Assembly (NCBI GenBank): GCA_036742645.1
Contig: DAINQQ010000001.1
Coordinates: forward strand, 4,760 to 68,759
Source of the DNA: Flavitalea sp.
GTDB lineage: Bacteria; Bacteroidota; Bacteroidia; Chitinophagales; Chitinophagaceae
Length of the DNA stretch: 64,000 nt
Direction of reading: 5' to 3'
Shown: piece by piece, positions 26,880 through 37,116 of the stretch
How the letters are laid out: the number at the start of each line of letters is the position of its first letter
Position numbering within the stretch: position 1 is the first letter of the stretch
The notes under the pieces: generated by a model
What the model was told of the DNA's origin: nothing
The model's input: only the letters and a program-made list of their open reading frames with translations
Database searches by the model: none
Position numbers and translations under genes: made by a program

Positions 26880-26908
26880 AAGACTCAACATTTTGTTGGG
26901 TCTTTTTT
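26880..26908 (+). terminator. Intrinsic terminator after tRNA-Phe
   Basis: Stem GACTCAAC / GTTGGGTC (one G-U pair) followed by TTTTTT. Confidence 0.65.
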
Positions 26909-27044
26909 GTTTTATTTGTAACCCGAAGCCGCAGGAAAAGAATGTATTCCTAAAATCGAAACTCGGCTGGTGTCAGACTTTTTGTTATATTTTCGAGATG
27001 TGTGAGAAGGAAAATTTTCTTTTTAATACCAAAACTTAAATTGA

Positions 27045-28280
27045 ATGAACGAAAACGTAAACAAAACCGCCCTCTTTAACGGTAGCTGTTTTGCCCTTAT
27101 TACCACTGCTTTCACATTTTCGATAAGAGCAGGAATTCTGCCTCAACTCGGCGAAAAATTCGGCCTATCTGCAGAACAATTGGGATTTATTAATCTTATG
27201 TTCTTTTTAGGATTTCCTATTTCCATGATTCTTGGAGGACTCTTTTATCATACCATTGGCCCAAAAAGAATTATGCAGGTGGCATTTATCGCGCACTCTA
27301 TTGGAATATTGACGACAATTTTTGCGGGTGGATATACGACCTTGCTGATCTCAACTTTATTTATCGGCTTCGGTAATGGTTGTACAGAAGCTGCCTGCAA
27401 CCCGATGATCGCTGACACTTATTCAGGCGAAAAAATGAATAAAATGCTAAACAGGTTCCATATGTGGTTCCCAGGGGGTATTGTAATGGGAAGTCTTATT
27501 TCAAAATTCATGACAGACAACGGACTTGGCTGGCAGGCACAAATGTGGGTTACTATGGTTCCGACAATCATTTACGCGATATTATTTTTCGGAAAAACGT
27601 TTCCAACGCCCAAGTTCCGGGACGCAATGTCTGTTCCCCAAAACCTGAAGGCGATGATAACACCGACATATCTTTTTCTCTTTGTTTGTATGGCATTTAC
27701 TGCTATCACAGAATTTGGCCCACAGCAATGGGTAGGGTTGATCATGAGTAAGAGCGGGGCAAGTCCAATGCTAATTTTAGCATTAGTAACAGGGCTGATG
27801 GCAGTAGGTAGATTCTTTGCCGGACCGGTTATTCATGCGCTTGGCCAAACTGGGGTATTGTTGTTGGGAGCTATTTTTGCGGCGATTGGCATTTATCTCT
27901 TCAGCATAGTTACCGGATCCGCTGCATACCTGGCCGCCATCTTATTCGCTATCGGAGTTTGCTACTTTTGGCCAACCATGGTGGGAGCCGTGGCCCAGAG
28001 AGTACCTTTAAGCGGGGCGTTAGGTATGTCTATCATTGGTGGAGTAGGTATGTTCTCTACTTCTATCTGGCAACCAATCATCGGTCGGTGGATAGATAAA
28101 GACAAAGCCCGGATTGCAGAATCCGGACTATCAGGTGATCAACTGGAACTGGTAGCAGGACAGGCAACTCTGCAAAAAATGGTAGCCTTCCCTGTTATAC
28201 TGATCGTATTATTCCTGATATTTTTCTTTTGGCAAAAAAAAGCAGCTCCCCGCACTGAAAAAACTGCTTTGGCGCATTAA
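27045..28280 (+). CDS. MFS transporter (sugar/FucP-like)
   Basis: 411-aa ORF with about 12 predicted TM segments and typical MFS size and organisation. Confidence 0.8.
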   Translation: MNENVNKTALFNGSCFALITTAFTFSIRAGILPQLGEKFGLSAEQLGFINLMFFLGFPISMILGGLFYHTIGPKRIMQVAFIAHSIGILTTIFAGGYTTLLISTLFIGFGNGCTEAACNPMIADTYSGEKMNKMLNRFHMWFPGGIVMGSLISKFMTDNGLGWQAQMWVTMVPTIIYAILFFGKTFPTPKFRDAMSVPQNLKAMITPTYLFLFVCMAFTAITEFGPQQWVGLIMSKSGASPMLILALVTGLMAVGRFFAGPVIHALGQTGVLLLGAIFAAIGIYLFSIVTGSAAYLAAILFAIGVCYFWPTMVGAVAQRVPLSGALGMSIIGGVGMFSTSIWQPIIGRWIDKDKARIAESGLSGDQLELVAGQATLQKMVAFPVILIVLFLIFFFWQKKAAPRTEKTALAH

Positions 28281-28311
28281 TTCTTAGAATTTTTAATAAA
28301 ATATTTTCGGC

Positions 28312-28349
28312 TAATGGCTGCTGTTATATAACAGTGGCCATTAACTTTT
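28312..28349 (+). terminator. Intrinsic terminator after the MFS gene
   Basis: A long hairpin, TAATGGCTGCTGTTAT / ATAACAGTGGCCATTA, is followed by CTTTT. Confidence 0.6.
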
Positions 28350-28464
28350 CCGGTCGATTAGCGATTCAATAATAGATTGCTTTACCTCTCGCAAACACTA
28401 ATTAAGGTAATCCCCCAAAAGCAAGTAGGTCCTAGCTGTTTACAATTTTCGGTCAGCCATTCAA

Positions 28465-28550
28465 TTGTCTGAACCATGATTTACCTGATCAGAGGATTTA
28501 CCTGATCCAATCATGCAAACCTTCAATCAGGTAAATCATGGTTCAGACAA
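28465..28550. repeat. Perfect 25-bp inverted repeat with a 36-nt spacer (REP/MITE-like palindromic element)
   Basis: TTGTCTGAACCATGATTTACCTGAT (28465-28489) is the exact reverse complement of 28526-28550. The spacer repeats GATTTACCTGAT once more. Confidence 0.85.
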
Positions 28551-28948
28551 ATAAATCAGGCACAAGCTGAAGGACCAGGCTGCCCATAGGGGAAATTGCC
28601 TCAGCGAGTGCTAAGCTCCAAGGGTGCCAGGGTGCCTGGCAGGGGTCTCTGCTATGTTGCTGCGAGGCATATGATTATAATGTCGTGGGATAGAATATCA
28701 ATATGCTTCTTTACACAATAAGGCATGCTCGGGGGAAAATATTTATGCTATCGGGTTATTGGTTGCCATCGGCTCGCGTGTCTTTATATGGTTGGGTAAA
28801 GCAGAGTTTGAGGGGAAAAGTTGTAAATGGTTGGAAGTGAAGAAAACCAAGATATTAATACAGCGAGCTCAACATAATAGATTCCTTATTTCTCAAACCG
28901 TTAACTGCCGGTAAAGAAGACCTCGAAGAAAATTTATAAATAATCAAT

Positions 28949-29512
28949 ATGAAAAATTTATTGCAGAAGGTATCCACGTCATTGATCTTCTCGGGATTAA
29001 TGAGCCTTTTATTCGGAATACTATGTTTTGCCTGGCCCGACATTACGCTTGTAGCATTAGTCTGGCTTTTTGGTATCTCTATTATTGGCCAGGGCATCGC
29101 CTTTGTATCCTCCGCCGTCACGCACCGTAAAGAAGAGGATCAATGGTGGGTTTTGTTGTTAATTGGCCTCATAAATATCGTCGCCGGTTTACTTGCTATT
29201 TTTTATCCGGGTATTTCAGCTTTATTCCTGGTGGCATTGATGGGAATTACCTGGCTGATAACAGGCATTATCGAAGTAATAGCAGCCATACGGCTACGTA
29301 AGGAAATTGAAAATGAAGGGTGGCTGATCCTCGGTGGATTGCTTTCAGTAATTGCCGGAGCTTATATATTGGTAAGTCCGGGAAGCGGGGCGCTCGCAAT
29401 ATTATGGTTGATTGCCTTGTATGCAATAATTTTTGGAATTCTCCTGATACTACTGGGATATAAAGCAAAAGGATGGCAGCGTCGTATAGCGACTCGCCAG
29501 ACAATAAGGTGA
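28949..29512 (+). CDS. HdeD/DUF308 family membrane protein
   Basis: 187-aa ORF with six TM segments in repeated DUF308-like units (WW.LL..G...I..G). Confidence 0.75.
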   Translation: MKNLLQKVSTSLIFSGLMSLLFGILCFAWPDITLVALVWLFGISIIGQGIAFVSSAVTHRKEEDQWWVLLLIGLINIVAGLLAIFYPGISALFLVALMGITWLITGIIEVIAAIRLRKEIENEGWLILGGLLSVIAGAYILVSPGSGALAILWLIALYAIIFGILLILLGYKAKGWQRRIATRQTIR

Positions 29513-29602
29513 TCGGGCGCGCCGTATCCTCATCCGAAATGGTATTTCAAGAGTGAAAAAAATGGATACCCGCAATATTTTTTTAAACTAAAAAATGTCA
29601 TT

Positions 29603-30247
29603 ATGAAACGAATACTATCAACGTTAATAGCGATCGGCTTTTTTTATCCTGCTTCCATCGCCCAGGAATTTCGTCTGAATGGCTTCGCAGGTTATCTTTT
29701 TGATGACCATGTCGATTCTTATTACAGTGCTACTGAATACTTCGAGGGAACGATCAAAGGAGGTTTTCGGTGGGGTTTGGGAGTTGAGTACATGCTGCAT
29801 CCTCAATATGGCATCGGTATTAACTACTTCAGGCAGGATACAGAAGTGCCTCTGACTTATTACGATCGGGGAGTCAAGAATAGAGATTTTGATTTGTCGT
29901 GTAGCTGGATAATGGCAGCATTTACAAGGTATATGAAGAAAGATAATATTGAGCTTTACGGTGGTGGCGAATTGGGCGCTGTCTTTTTTGGCCTGGACAA
30001 TTCAGTAAGTGGTGATAGTGAGTCGGCAACCAAATTTGCGTGGGGCCTGAACCTTGGCACCAATATTTTTTTTAGTGAGAAAGTGGGACTCAAAGTGCAG
30101 ATTGACCTGCATTCCGCCTCCCAGGCTGTTGGAGGAGGGTTTTATTTTGGTACAGGCGGCGCTGGCACGGGCGTTTCAAGTTATTCAACCATCTATCAGC
30201 TTGGAATAGGTGGGGGACTTGTTTTCCGGTTTCCCAAAACCAAATAG
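29603..30247 (+). CDS. Outer-membrane beta-barrel (porin-family/OmpW-like) protein
   Basis: 214-aa ORF with a signal peptide, alternating amphipathic strands and a C-terminal aromatic region (GGGLVFRF). Confidence 0.7.
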   Translation: MKRILSTLIAIGFFYPASIAQEFRLNGFAGYLFDDHVDSYYSATEYFEGTIKGGFRWGLGVEYMLHPQYGIGINYFRQDTEVPLTYYDRGVKNRDFDLSCSWIMAAFTRYMKKDNIELYGGGELGAVFFGLDNSVSGDSESATKFAWGLNLGTNIFFSEKVGLKVQIDLHSASQAVGGGFYFGTGGAGTGVSSYSTIYQLGIGGGLVFRFPKTK

Positions 30248-30464
30248 GCTTCGGACCAATAGTCATGATACTTCGCTCTTAGGCTAAAGCTGGTTACACC
30301 CTTGCAGACAAAGTTTGGTTCCGGCCTATCCTGGCCTGCGCCCCTGACGTGTGCCTTAACGTTATAAATTGTTAGCGCTCCCGGATGAGTATATGATTCG
30401 TGTCCTATTTCGATTTTTCGTCGGTAAGGACCGATCAAATACCGTTAGACCCGACTGTGTTTCC

Positions 30465-32192
30465 CTAAAGCTTTCCATTTTCTCTTACCAACTTATACAC
30501 CTTTCCATCCGGTTTGGTGAACACATATATTTCTCCCCTGCTATCCTTTCCAAATCTCATCTCCACCCTTTTATTTTTGCAAAGTTTAGCAAGAGTAGTA
30601 GGCGCGCTATTCATGCTGATATGCCATTCCTTGATGGTGGCCTGTTTGCCTAATTGAAGTTCTTTTGAGTTTACGTAAAACAACCTGCCAGAATTCAGAT
30701 CGCCAAAAACATATTTTCCTGCAAGCTCAGGCACTTCGCGCCCGGTGTATTCAAATCCACCGGCAATGGCTATTCCTTCATCATGGTCGTATTCGGCAAC
30801 CGGGTATGAAACATGATAAACTGAATCATCGGAAGGAAGGGCATACACTTTGCCAACATTATTAAAAAAGCGTTCCTCGAAATTTCCCTCCCTGATCGGC
30901 CAACCATAAAAATGACCGGGAAGGATTATGTTGACTGATTCAATATTAGTCTGCCCAATGTTGACGGCAAGCAATTGACCCGCCTTGGTCCAGTTGAAGC
31001 GATGCGGGTTTCTAAACCCATAAGCAAAAACTTCCCTGGCAAATTTGGTACTGTCGTTCTTACTAAAAGGATTATGCGAAGGAATTCCGTACTGCCTGTT
31101 GCGGCTATTGGTTCCCGAAGGATCGATCCGCATAAGACTTCCCCATACCCTGTTCGGAACTGGAGACACCAGTGATTGTCCAATCTCAGCGCTACCTCCG
31201 TCTCCAATACCTACATACAACAAACCATAATCTTTGTCGCCGGCCTTTGAGCGCGGATTAAAAGCGATTTCCTGCATTCCATGAATAGGAGTCGGCATGT
31301 CTATTCGCAAAAGCTCCCTGCTCTTCCCTGAAAAAGGAAAAGCGGCCGGGTCGCATTTCCATTCGTTCAACACCCATTGCAGCGCAACTGGTATCGAATC
31401 GGGATAATCAAAATCGGCTTTACCCGCGAATGCGGGTTCTGCATGGGTAGTGTACAGCAGCCCATTTTTTGCAAACCTGGGGTGGAATGCAAAGCTGCCA
31501 AAGCCGCTATTGATTCCGGGCTGGGTTAACAATTTGGGTTTTAATGTGGCCATATCCAGGTACACCACCGGCTGCCCATCTACCAGTTTGTACATCTTGC
31601 CGCGAAGATCTGAGATGTATAAATCACCCGAAGAAGGATGATAGTCCAGTTTAATAATTCTTGTGAATGGTAGTTGGTTAGCAGAAGGAGGAACCTGGGT
31701 TAACAACTCGACACCAACGAGGAGATCAGAGCTTTCAATAGAATCGGGAATCGGATTTTTGATATCGTTGGGATCTGCCTTCACCTCTTTCCTCACCGGC
31801 TTTTTTTGTGTATGCATATAAGCGATGATCGCATCAATCTCGCCACTAGGTAAATGTCCAAATGAAGGCATTACAGCTTTGTATCTCTTAAACAATCTTT
31901 GCGCTCTTGCATCCCGGGATTCAATCACTTTGTTTGGATCACTCACAAAATTTTTGATCCATTCAACCGATGTGTCAGAAGTAATGCCCCCCAACTGGGG
32001 ACCGATCCCATTGCGTTTAAAATTGTGGCAGCTGGCGCAGTTAGACAAAAAAGAATTCTCGCCCTGGGCAATTGTTACCGAATCTGTTGGAATGGACTTC
32101 TCATCCGAAGACGATTCTGAACCACAGGAAATGACGAAACAAGAAAACCCGGTTAAGATTAAACTGGAGATGATTAACAGTATCTTTTTCAT
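30465..32192 (-). CDS. PQQ-dependent sugar dehydrogenase-like beta-propeller with an N-terminal c-type cytochrome domain
   Basis: Haem-binding motif CASCH near the N-terminus, followed by an sGDH-like propeller (GLLYVGIGDGG, FAYGFRNPHRF). The likely start is ATG 32192 (MKKILLIISS); the track starts at 32234. Confidence 0.82.
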   Translation of the reverse strand: MKKILLIISSLILTGFSCFVISCGSESSSDEKSIPTDSVTIAQGENSFLSNCASCHNFKRNGIGPQLGGITSDTSVEWIKNFVSDPNKVIESRDARAQRLFKRYKAVMPSFGHLPSGEIDAIIAYMHTQKKPVRKEVKADPNDIKNPIPDSIESSDLLVGVELLTQVPPSANQLPFTRIIKLDYHPSSGDLYISDLRGKMYKLVDGQPVVYLDMATLKPKLLTQPGINSGFGSFAFHPRFAKNGLLYTTHAEPAFAGKADFDYPDSIPVALQWVLNEWKCDPAAFPFSGKSRELLRIDMPTPIHGMQEIAFNPRSKAGDKDYGLLYVGIGDGGSAEIGQSLVSPVPNRVWGSLMRIDPSGTNSRNRQYGIPSHNPFSKNDSTKFAREVFAYGFRNPHRFNWTKAGQLLAVNIGQTNIESVNIILPGHFYGWPIREGNFEERFFNNVGKVYALPSDDSVYHVSYPVAEYDHDEGIAIAGGFEYTGREVPELAGKYVFGDLNSGRLFYVNSKELQLGKQATIKEWHISMNSAPTTLAKLCKNKRVEMRFGKDSRGEIYVFTKPDGKVYKLVRENGKL

Positions 32193-32385
32193 TGGCCATC
32201 CAAGATAACATTTTGCCTTTGAACCAAGCCGCAACTATCGCTCTCAATAGAATAATCGCCCAAGATTATTATGCCCAATTTTGGCAGCGCTCCTATCGTG
32301 CGTGGCATCCTTTTATTTTAATATTTCCGTATGCTTAATAAGCCCCCAGATAATGTGTCTCCAAGCAGTATCACCATAATTATGA

Positions 32386-33243
32386 ATGAACAATTATTTT
32401 CGTGAAATGAAAAAAATAGTTTTTGATTTGGGTGCACATAAAGGCGAGGATAGTGATTTTTACCTTCGGAAGGGATTTCGTGTGATAGCTGTTGAGGCTT
32501 CCGAAAAACTATACACCTCGATCCTCGATAAATTCAGAGATCATCCGAATAGGGCTGACTTTACAGTTGTTAACTATGCGATCACAGAACAGGACGATCA
32601 ACTAATTACATTCTATGAGAATATTGAAAAAAGTGTATGGGGAACGGTATTCGATACCTGGAATGAAAGAAACATAAAACTACATTCCGGTTCTACGAAG
32701 ACTACGGTTAGAACAATCCGGCTTGACACTTTAATTAAACAGCAGTTAGAAATAAAGGACAGTATTGAATACATAAAAATTGACATAGAAGGTGCCGACA
32801 TGATGGCTATAAAATCTTTAGCCGGTGTCAAACAACGACCAAAATTCATATCGCTCGAATCGGATAAAATCTCGTGGCCGGGCTTAATGGAGGAATTCAA
32901 GGTATTAACTGAACTGGGATACTTGAAATTTAAGATCATCGATCAATCAAAAATCTGCAGCCAACAATGTCCTTATCCCAGCAGGGAAGGAGATTATATC
33001 GACTACAAATTTGCTACGGGAAGCAGTGGGTTATTTGGGGATGAGTTGCCGGGAGAATGGTTGAGTCTCAACGACTCCATCAAGGTCTATAAAAAAATAT
33101 TTGCCGGCTATAAGTATTTTGGGGACTACGGCATTTTCAATAATAAATATTTAATGAAAAACCGCTATTTAAAAAAGGCTATGCGAGTGCTCAACTTGCA
33201 CTTTCCGCAAGTCGGGTGGTATGATACACATGCAACCTTTTAG
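32386..33243 (+). CDS. FkbM family methyltransferase
   Basis: 285-aa ORF with the SAM-binding start VFDLGAHKGEDS and the IDIEGAD motif typical of FkbM. An alternative start is ATG 32407. Confidence 0.78.
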   Translation: MNNYFREMKKIVFDLGAHKGEDSDFYLRKGFRVIAVEASEKLYTSILDKFRDHPNRADFTVVNYAITEQDDQLITFYENIEKSVWGTVFDTWNERNIKLHSGSTKTTVRTIRLDTLIKQQLEIKDSIEYIKIDIEGADMMAIKSLAGVKQRPKFISLESDKISWPGLMEEFKVLTELGYLKFKIIDQSKICSQQCPYPSREGDYIDYKFATGSSGLFGDELPGEWLSLNDSIKVYKKIFAGYKYFGDYGIFNNKYLMKNRYLKKAMRVLNLHFPQVGWYDTHATF

Positions 33244-33409
33244 GATTAGTTACCCAACCACGTCCCGCCAAGGCGCAACAACCATTTCGAAACAGTACAT
33301 CGGTTGTAGATTCTTGTTATACGGTTAGCATAAAGCGCAAAACCTATAAGGTGTAATAAGGGGTCCTTGAAACCAGGCCCCAGGACCTTGTCGATTTTAG
33401 TAAAAACTG

Positions 33410-34480
33410 TCAAAGCATATCTTTCAACTTGTAAGCAGCCTCCTCGTGCTTTGCTTCAAAACTGAAAATCTTCTTCACCCACGAACTCAATGAATATTCT
33501 TCGAATGAGAGCAACTGATCATGACTGTAATCCTGTTGAAGTAATGCGGGTATTGATTCCTTTAGTGAATCGGGTTCAACGATAAAAATATGTTTGTCAC
33601 TAAAAAATGGTTCCTGTGCGATCGTTTTACTCGTTGTTATCAGTCCGCAACCGCTGGCTAGCGCTTCGTATGTGCGCAGGCTGACACCTGTTTGTTTGGG
33701 AGAGGGCAGATCTAACACATATCTCGATCTCGCCAAAATTTTTTTGTATTTTTTCCTGGACAGAGGGCCCATCGTAAACTCTTCGCGCTTTATCTTCCTT
33801 GTTATGAGTACACTTTTGATACCCACCATAACAGGTAGATAAATGTAAAACCTGTAACTCAGATTCAACTTTTTTAATTTGTCTCTTAATCCTCTCAACA
33901 GTTTTATCCGATCGCTATGGTTGGAACCAACGAATGAAATATTGATATCCTGTTTTATCTTTTGTCGTTTATTATGCAGCTCAAAAAAGTCATCGAGCGC
34001 AAATGTCGGCATATACGTTAGTGAGGGCACGTTGTCTGCATCGGCTCTATCAAATGTATAACTGATATCGAAACACGGGATTAAATGTGCATTATTGAAG
34101 TTCGATAGACTATCCCACTGGTACTGGATCAGTAACGCATTGGGATGATCGAAGCGTAATCTCTTGAGGAAGGGTTCGCTCATGATAGATCCTTTCAAAA
34201 AGAAAATGTAATGGAATGTAAGATTGGCAGTTTTGCGCAATATATACGAACGATAAAATTTATTCACCTCCGTTCTGGTGCGGCGACTGATTGCATTCTT
34301 AAGGAATTTTATCCGGGTGTAACTGACTGGGTCATCATAGTAAACTTTAAGATCTGCTCCATGATCTCTCAGGCACTTGATGACCGCCTGCTCATATCCG
34401 TAAAATTGTGTGGTGATGAGTAATATCTTCTTCCCGGTTAAAAACTCGCTCATGCTCGATTGATATACCTTTGCTATCAA
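33410..34480 (-). CDS. Putative glycosyltransferase-like protein (GT1-type C-terminal half); function uncertain
   Basis: 356-aa ORF. The C-terminal region LDLPSPKQTGVSLRTYEALASGCGLITT resembles the GT-B donor-binding region. The N-terminal half is not recognised. Confidence 0.45.
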   Translation of the reverse strand: MIAKVYQSSMSEFLTGKKILLITTQFYGYEQAVIKCLRDHGADLKVYYDDPVSYTRIKFLKNAISRRTRTEVNKFYRSYILRKTANLTFHYIFFLKGSIMSEPFLKRLRFDHPNALLIQYQWDSLSNFNNAHLIPCFDISYTFDRADADNVPSLTYMPTFALDDFFELHNKRQKIKQDINISFVGSNHSDRIKLLRGLRDKLKKLNLSYRFYIYLPVMVGIKSVLITRKIKREEFTMGPLSRKKYKKILARSRYVLDLPSPKQTGVSLRTYEALASGCGLITTSKTIAQEPFFSDKHIFIVEPDSLKESIPALLQQDYSHDQLLSFEEYSLSSWVKKIFSFEAKHEEAAYKLKDML

Positions 34481-34611
34481 GATATAATTTCAATCGTTAC
34501 CGTCCAAACCCGTTGCAAAAGTATTTCGTATTTTCACCCCCCTTGGTTTGACAGCCGGTAAAATATTCGCAGATACAAGGTTGAGCAGAAAGATCATTCC
34601 CATGCACGGCG

Positions 34612-34860
34612 TTACTTGCTACTTCCAGAATTTTCAAAATCCTGCTTCTCCTGATCGTCGAAATCGCCCTGGTCCATATGCCACTGCTTGTTGTCGCCCC
34701 CTTCCATATGACCCCCGGCATTTGCTATTTTGACCTCTGAAGAAACATCATTTCCCATCCGGTTTCTATCTTCGTCTTTCCAATGCTTCAAAGGATGTGA
34801 AGAGTCATCCTTCTTCTTTTTTTCCTGGCTCTTTCCTTTTTTATCCGATTTATTTTTCAT
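34612..34860 (-). CDS. Hypothetical small hydrophilic Lys/Asp/Glu-rich protein
   Basis: 82-aa ORF from the track, highly charged, with no recognisable family. Confidence 0.4.
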   Translation of the reverse strand: MKNKSDKKGKSQEKKKKDDSSHPLKHWKDEDRNRMGNDVSSEVKIANAGGHMEGGDNKQWHMDQGDFDDQEKQDFENSGSSK

Positions 34861-35169
34861 AATGATATGTATTGATGTTGAAAAGCTTTCCCCTTAATAG
34901 GATTATAAAAGTTATGCCCGGGTTAGATATACAATATGCACTGTCCAAAGCGAGACACGTCTTATCATCCGTTGGCAGGTACGATGCAGCTTTTGGTGTT
35001 CAATGTCCAAGTTACTATTACGAGAGGCCGGTAGTTAAGGCCCAAAGAGATCCTTCGTTTCTCGGCATGGCAGCAAAAAAAAATTCCGCAGAAGAGAAGG
35101 CCTCCTATCCTGTTGAATGCGCCCCGGTGGCTTGGAATTTGAGACACTTTTTCCTGTAAAGTTTTTCCT

Positions 35170-36495
35170 ATGCCACAACAGTCTTCAATTGCTGTCTTAA
35201 TATCTTTACTGCTCGTCGTGTTGATTGCATGCAAAGCCTCCGGTCCGGGATTATTCGGCAAAAAAACTCCCCATGAACAATATGCCGACGGCCTGATCAA
35301 TGCGGGCCTTCGATCTACTGCGTTGGGAAAATCATGGTTCACAATAGCGGAGCAAAGTCTTGCTTTTCCCTTAACCATCACCGTTCCGTACAAGGAAACA
35401 GGATATTTTTCCGCCGATCGCCCCGCGGCAGCCGGTCTGCATTTCAAAGCACTCAGGGGTCAGAAACTATCCATCACTCTTGAGAAGAAGCCAACCACAA
35501 ATTTCGCGGTGTACATTGATCTGTGGAAAGCTCCGGAGGGGACCAACCAGCCTAAACACATTGCTGCCGCAGATACCACAACCAATTCCATCCAGTATGA
35601 GGTAAATGAAAGCTCCCACTACATCCTACGTCTACAGCCAGAACTCCTGAGCAGCGGAGAATATACGATCACCATCACTGCGGGACCGGCCCTCGCATAT
35701 CCTATAAAAGCACCGGGAAAAGACCATATAAAAAGTTTGTGGGGTGCAGACAGGGATGGAGGAGCAAGGAAGCATGAAGGCATCGACATTTTCGCAGCAC
35801 GCCGAACGCCTGTGCTGGCAGCAGCGGATGGAAGAGTCACAAGGGTCAATGAGACTTCGATCGGGGGAAAGGTAATATGGATAAGGGTGAAAGACCGCGA
35901 CTATACTTTATATTATGCTCATCTTGACTCCCAATTGGTCAGTGATGGCCAAACTGTAAAAATCGGCGATACGCTCGGGCTACTTGGCAACACGGGTAAT
36001 GCGCGCAACACTTCGCCTCATCTGCACTTCGGAATATATACTTTGAGTGGCCCGATCGATCCAATAGCATTTGTTAAGCCGGTGGAGAATAAGCCGGATA
36101 ATATATCAGCTTCCACGAAATTGATTGGGAAACTTGCCCGGGTTACCAATGTCTCTTCGGGAATCTATAATGAGCCTCGAAGTACAACCGCGGAAGCCAT
36201 CTCTGTCTCGGCAAATACTCCAGTCGTCGTTGAGGCTGCTACGTCCAGCTGGTACAAAATTTCATTACCCAATGGCAAGCGCGGATTCATTAGGCACACC
36301 GGGCTTAGTGAGATCGACAGGCCTGTGCGTACTTTCTTGCTCAAAACGACAGTTCCTTTGTTCGATAAACCCGACACCCTTGCACCCAAAAAAACAAGTA
36401 TACCTACGGGCGAAACCGTGAGTATACTTGGAAATTTTGCTAATCACTATCTCGTCAGGACCCGGGAAAATATTACAGGGTGGATAACAAAATAA
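35170..36495 (+). CDS. M23 family metallopeptidase with a C-terminal SH3-like domain
   Basis: HEGIDI ... DG.V ... GNTGN...PHLHFGIY catalytic motifs. The C-terminal WYKISLPNGKRGFI and GWI are SH3b-like. Confidence 0.87.
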   Translation: MPQQSSIAVLISLLLVVLIACKASGPGLFGKKTPHEQYADGLINAGLRSTALGKSWFTIAEQSLAFPLTITVPYKETGYFSADRPAAAGLHFKALRGQKLSITLEKKPTTNFAVYIDLWKAPEGTNQPKHIAAADTTTNSIQYEVNESSHYILRLQPELLSSGEYTITITAGPALAYPIKAPGKDHIKSLWGADRDGGARKHEGIDIFAARRTPVLAAADGRVTRVNETSIGGKVIWIRVKDRDYTLYYAHLDSQLVSDGQTVKIGDTLGLLGNTGNARNTSPHLHFGIYTLSGPIDPIAFVKPVENKPDNISASTKLIGKLARVTNVSSGIYNEPRSTTAEAISVSANTPVVVEAATSSWYKISLPNGKRGFIRHTGLSEIDRPVRTFLLKTTVPLFDKPDTLAPKKTSIPTGETVSILGNFANHYLVRTRENITGWITK

Positions 36496-36506
36496 TACTT
36501 CTCAGC

Positions 36507-36671
36507 TTATCTCTCTGAACCTCTTCCAGAGCCTGATTCCGACTTGCGACCGGACGATTTTGAATCACCTTTTCCCGAAGACGAATTCTTAGCCTTCTGG
36601 TATCGCTGTTCGTGTTCTTGCTGACTTACCTGTTTGCTATCTTTTTTCTTTTTGTTAGGATTATCTGCCAT
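36507..36671 (-). CDS. Candidate 54-aa hydrophilic Lys/Ser/Gly-rich protein (untracked)
   Basis: Manual translation gives MADNPNKKKKDSKQVSQQEHEQRYQKAKNSSSGKGDSKSSGRKSESGSGRGSER*. It is convergent with the M23 gene, with only an 11-nt gap. Confidence 0.3.
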   Translation of the reverse strand: MADNPNKKKKDSKQVSQQEHEQRYQKAKNSSSGKGDSKSSGRKSESGSGRGSER

Positions 36672-37116
36672 AAAATAAAGTTTAGGTGTTTGCTAAAAAT
36701 TGCATGCCATCACTATACGTTAGTCAAACTTTAACGTTGCGCTATTGAACCTCGGGTCTTCGTTTTCATCTTATATAAGAACAAGAAAAGAGGCTAAAAA
36801 TGAAACGAACGATACACGAAATACGAAAAGAAACATGTAAGCTGCTCAGCAGTTATTTTGGATTTGATGTTGCAAATATTCCGCGGAAAGCAGAGAGCAG
36901 ACCAGGTACGACAAATTCCCAAACACCGGACTCCTATAATGGCAGGGTAAATAATATGACCAGAAAAAACCTTGGTTCGAACAGGCGTCCGTAGTAGTTT
37001 CAAATCAGCTTTTGAATTAATCCCTTTGTTGGTCGGGCATTTCTCGAGTTTGTTGTGAACTCCTTATCACCATGGAAGTTCTGTATCCTTCATTCTTCGC
37101 GTAGTTTTTGTAGTAA

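Noticed and set aside
26875-36500. A genomic island integrated at tRNA-Phe, covering MFS, HdeD, OMP, PQQ dehydrogenase, FkbM and GT-like genes
   Set aside because: I recognised no integrase or mobility gene, and I did not spot a direct repeat of the tRNA 3' end downstream. The gene content is accessory-looking but not demonstrably mobile.
36794-37003. Mutually overlapping 64-aa (+) and 69-aa (-) ORFs in the spacer before chrA
   Set aside because: Neither has recognisable features or supporting signals, so I cannot tell whether either is real.
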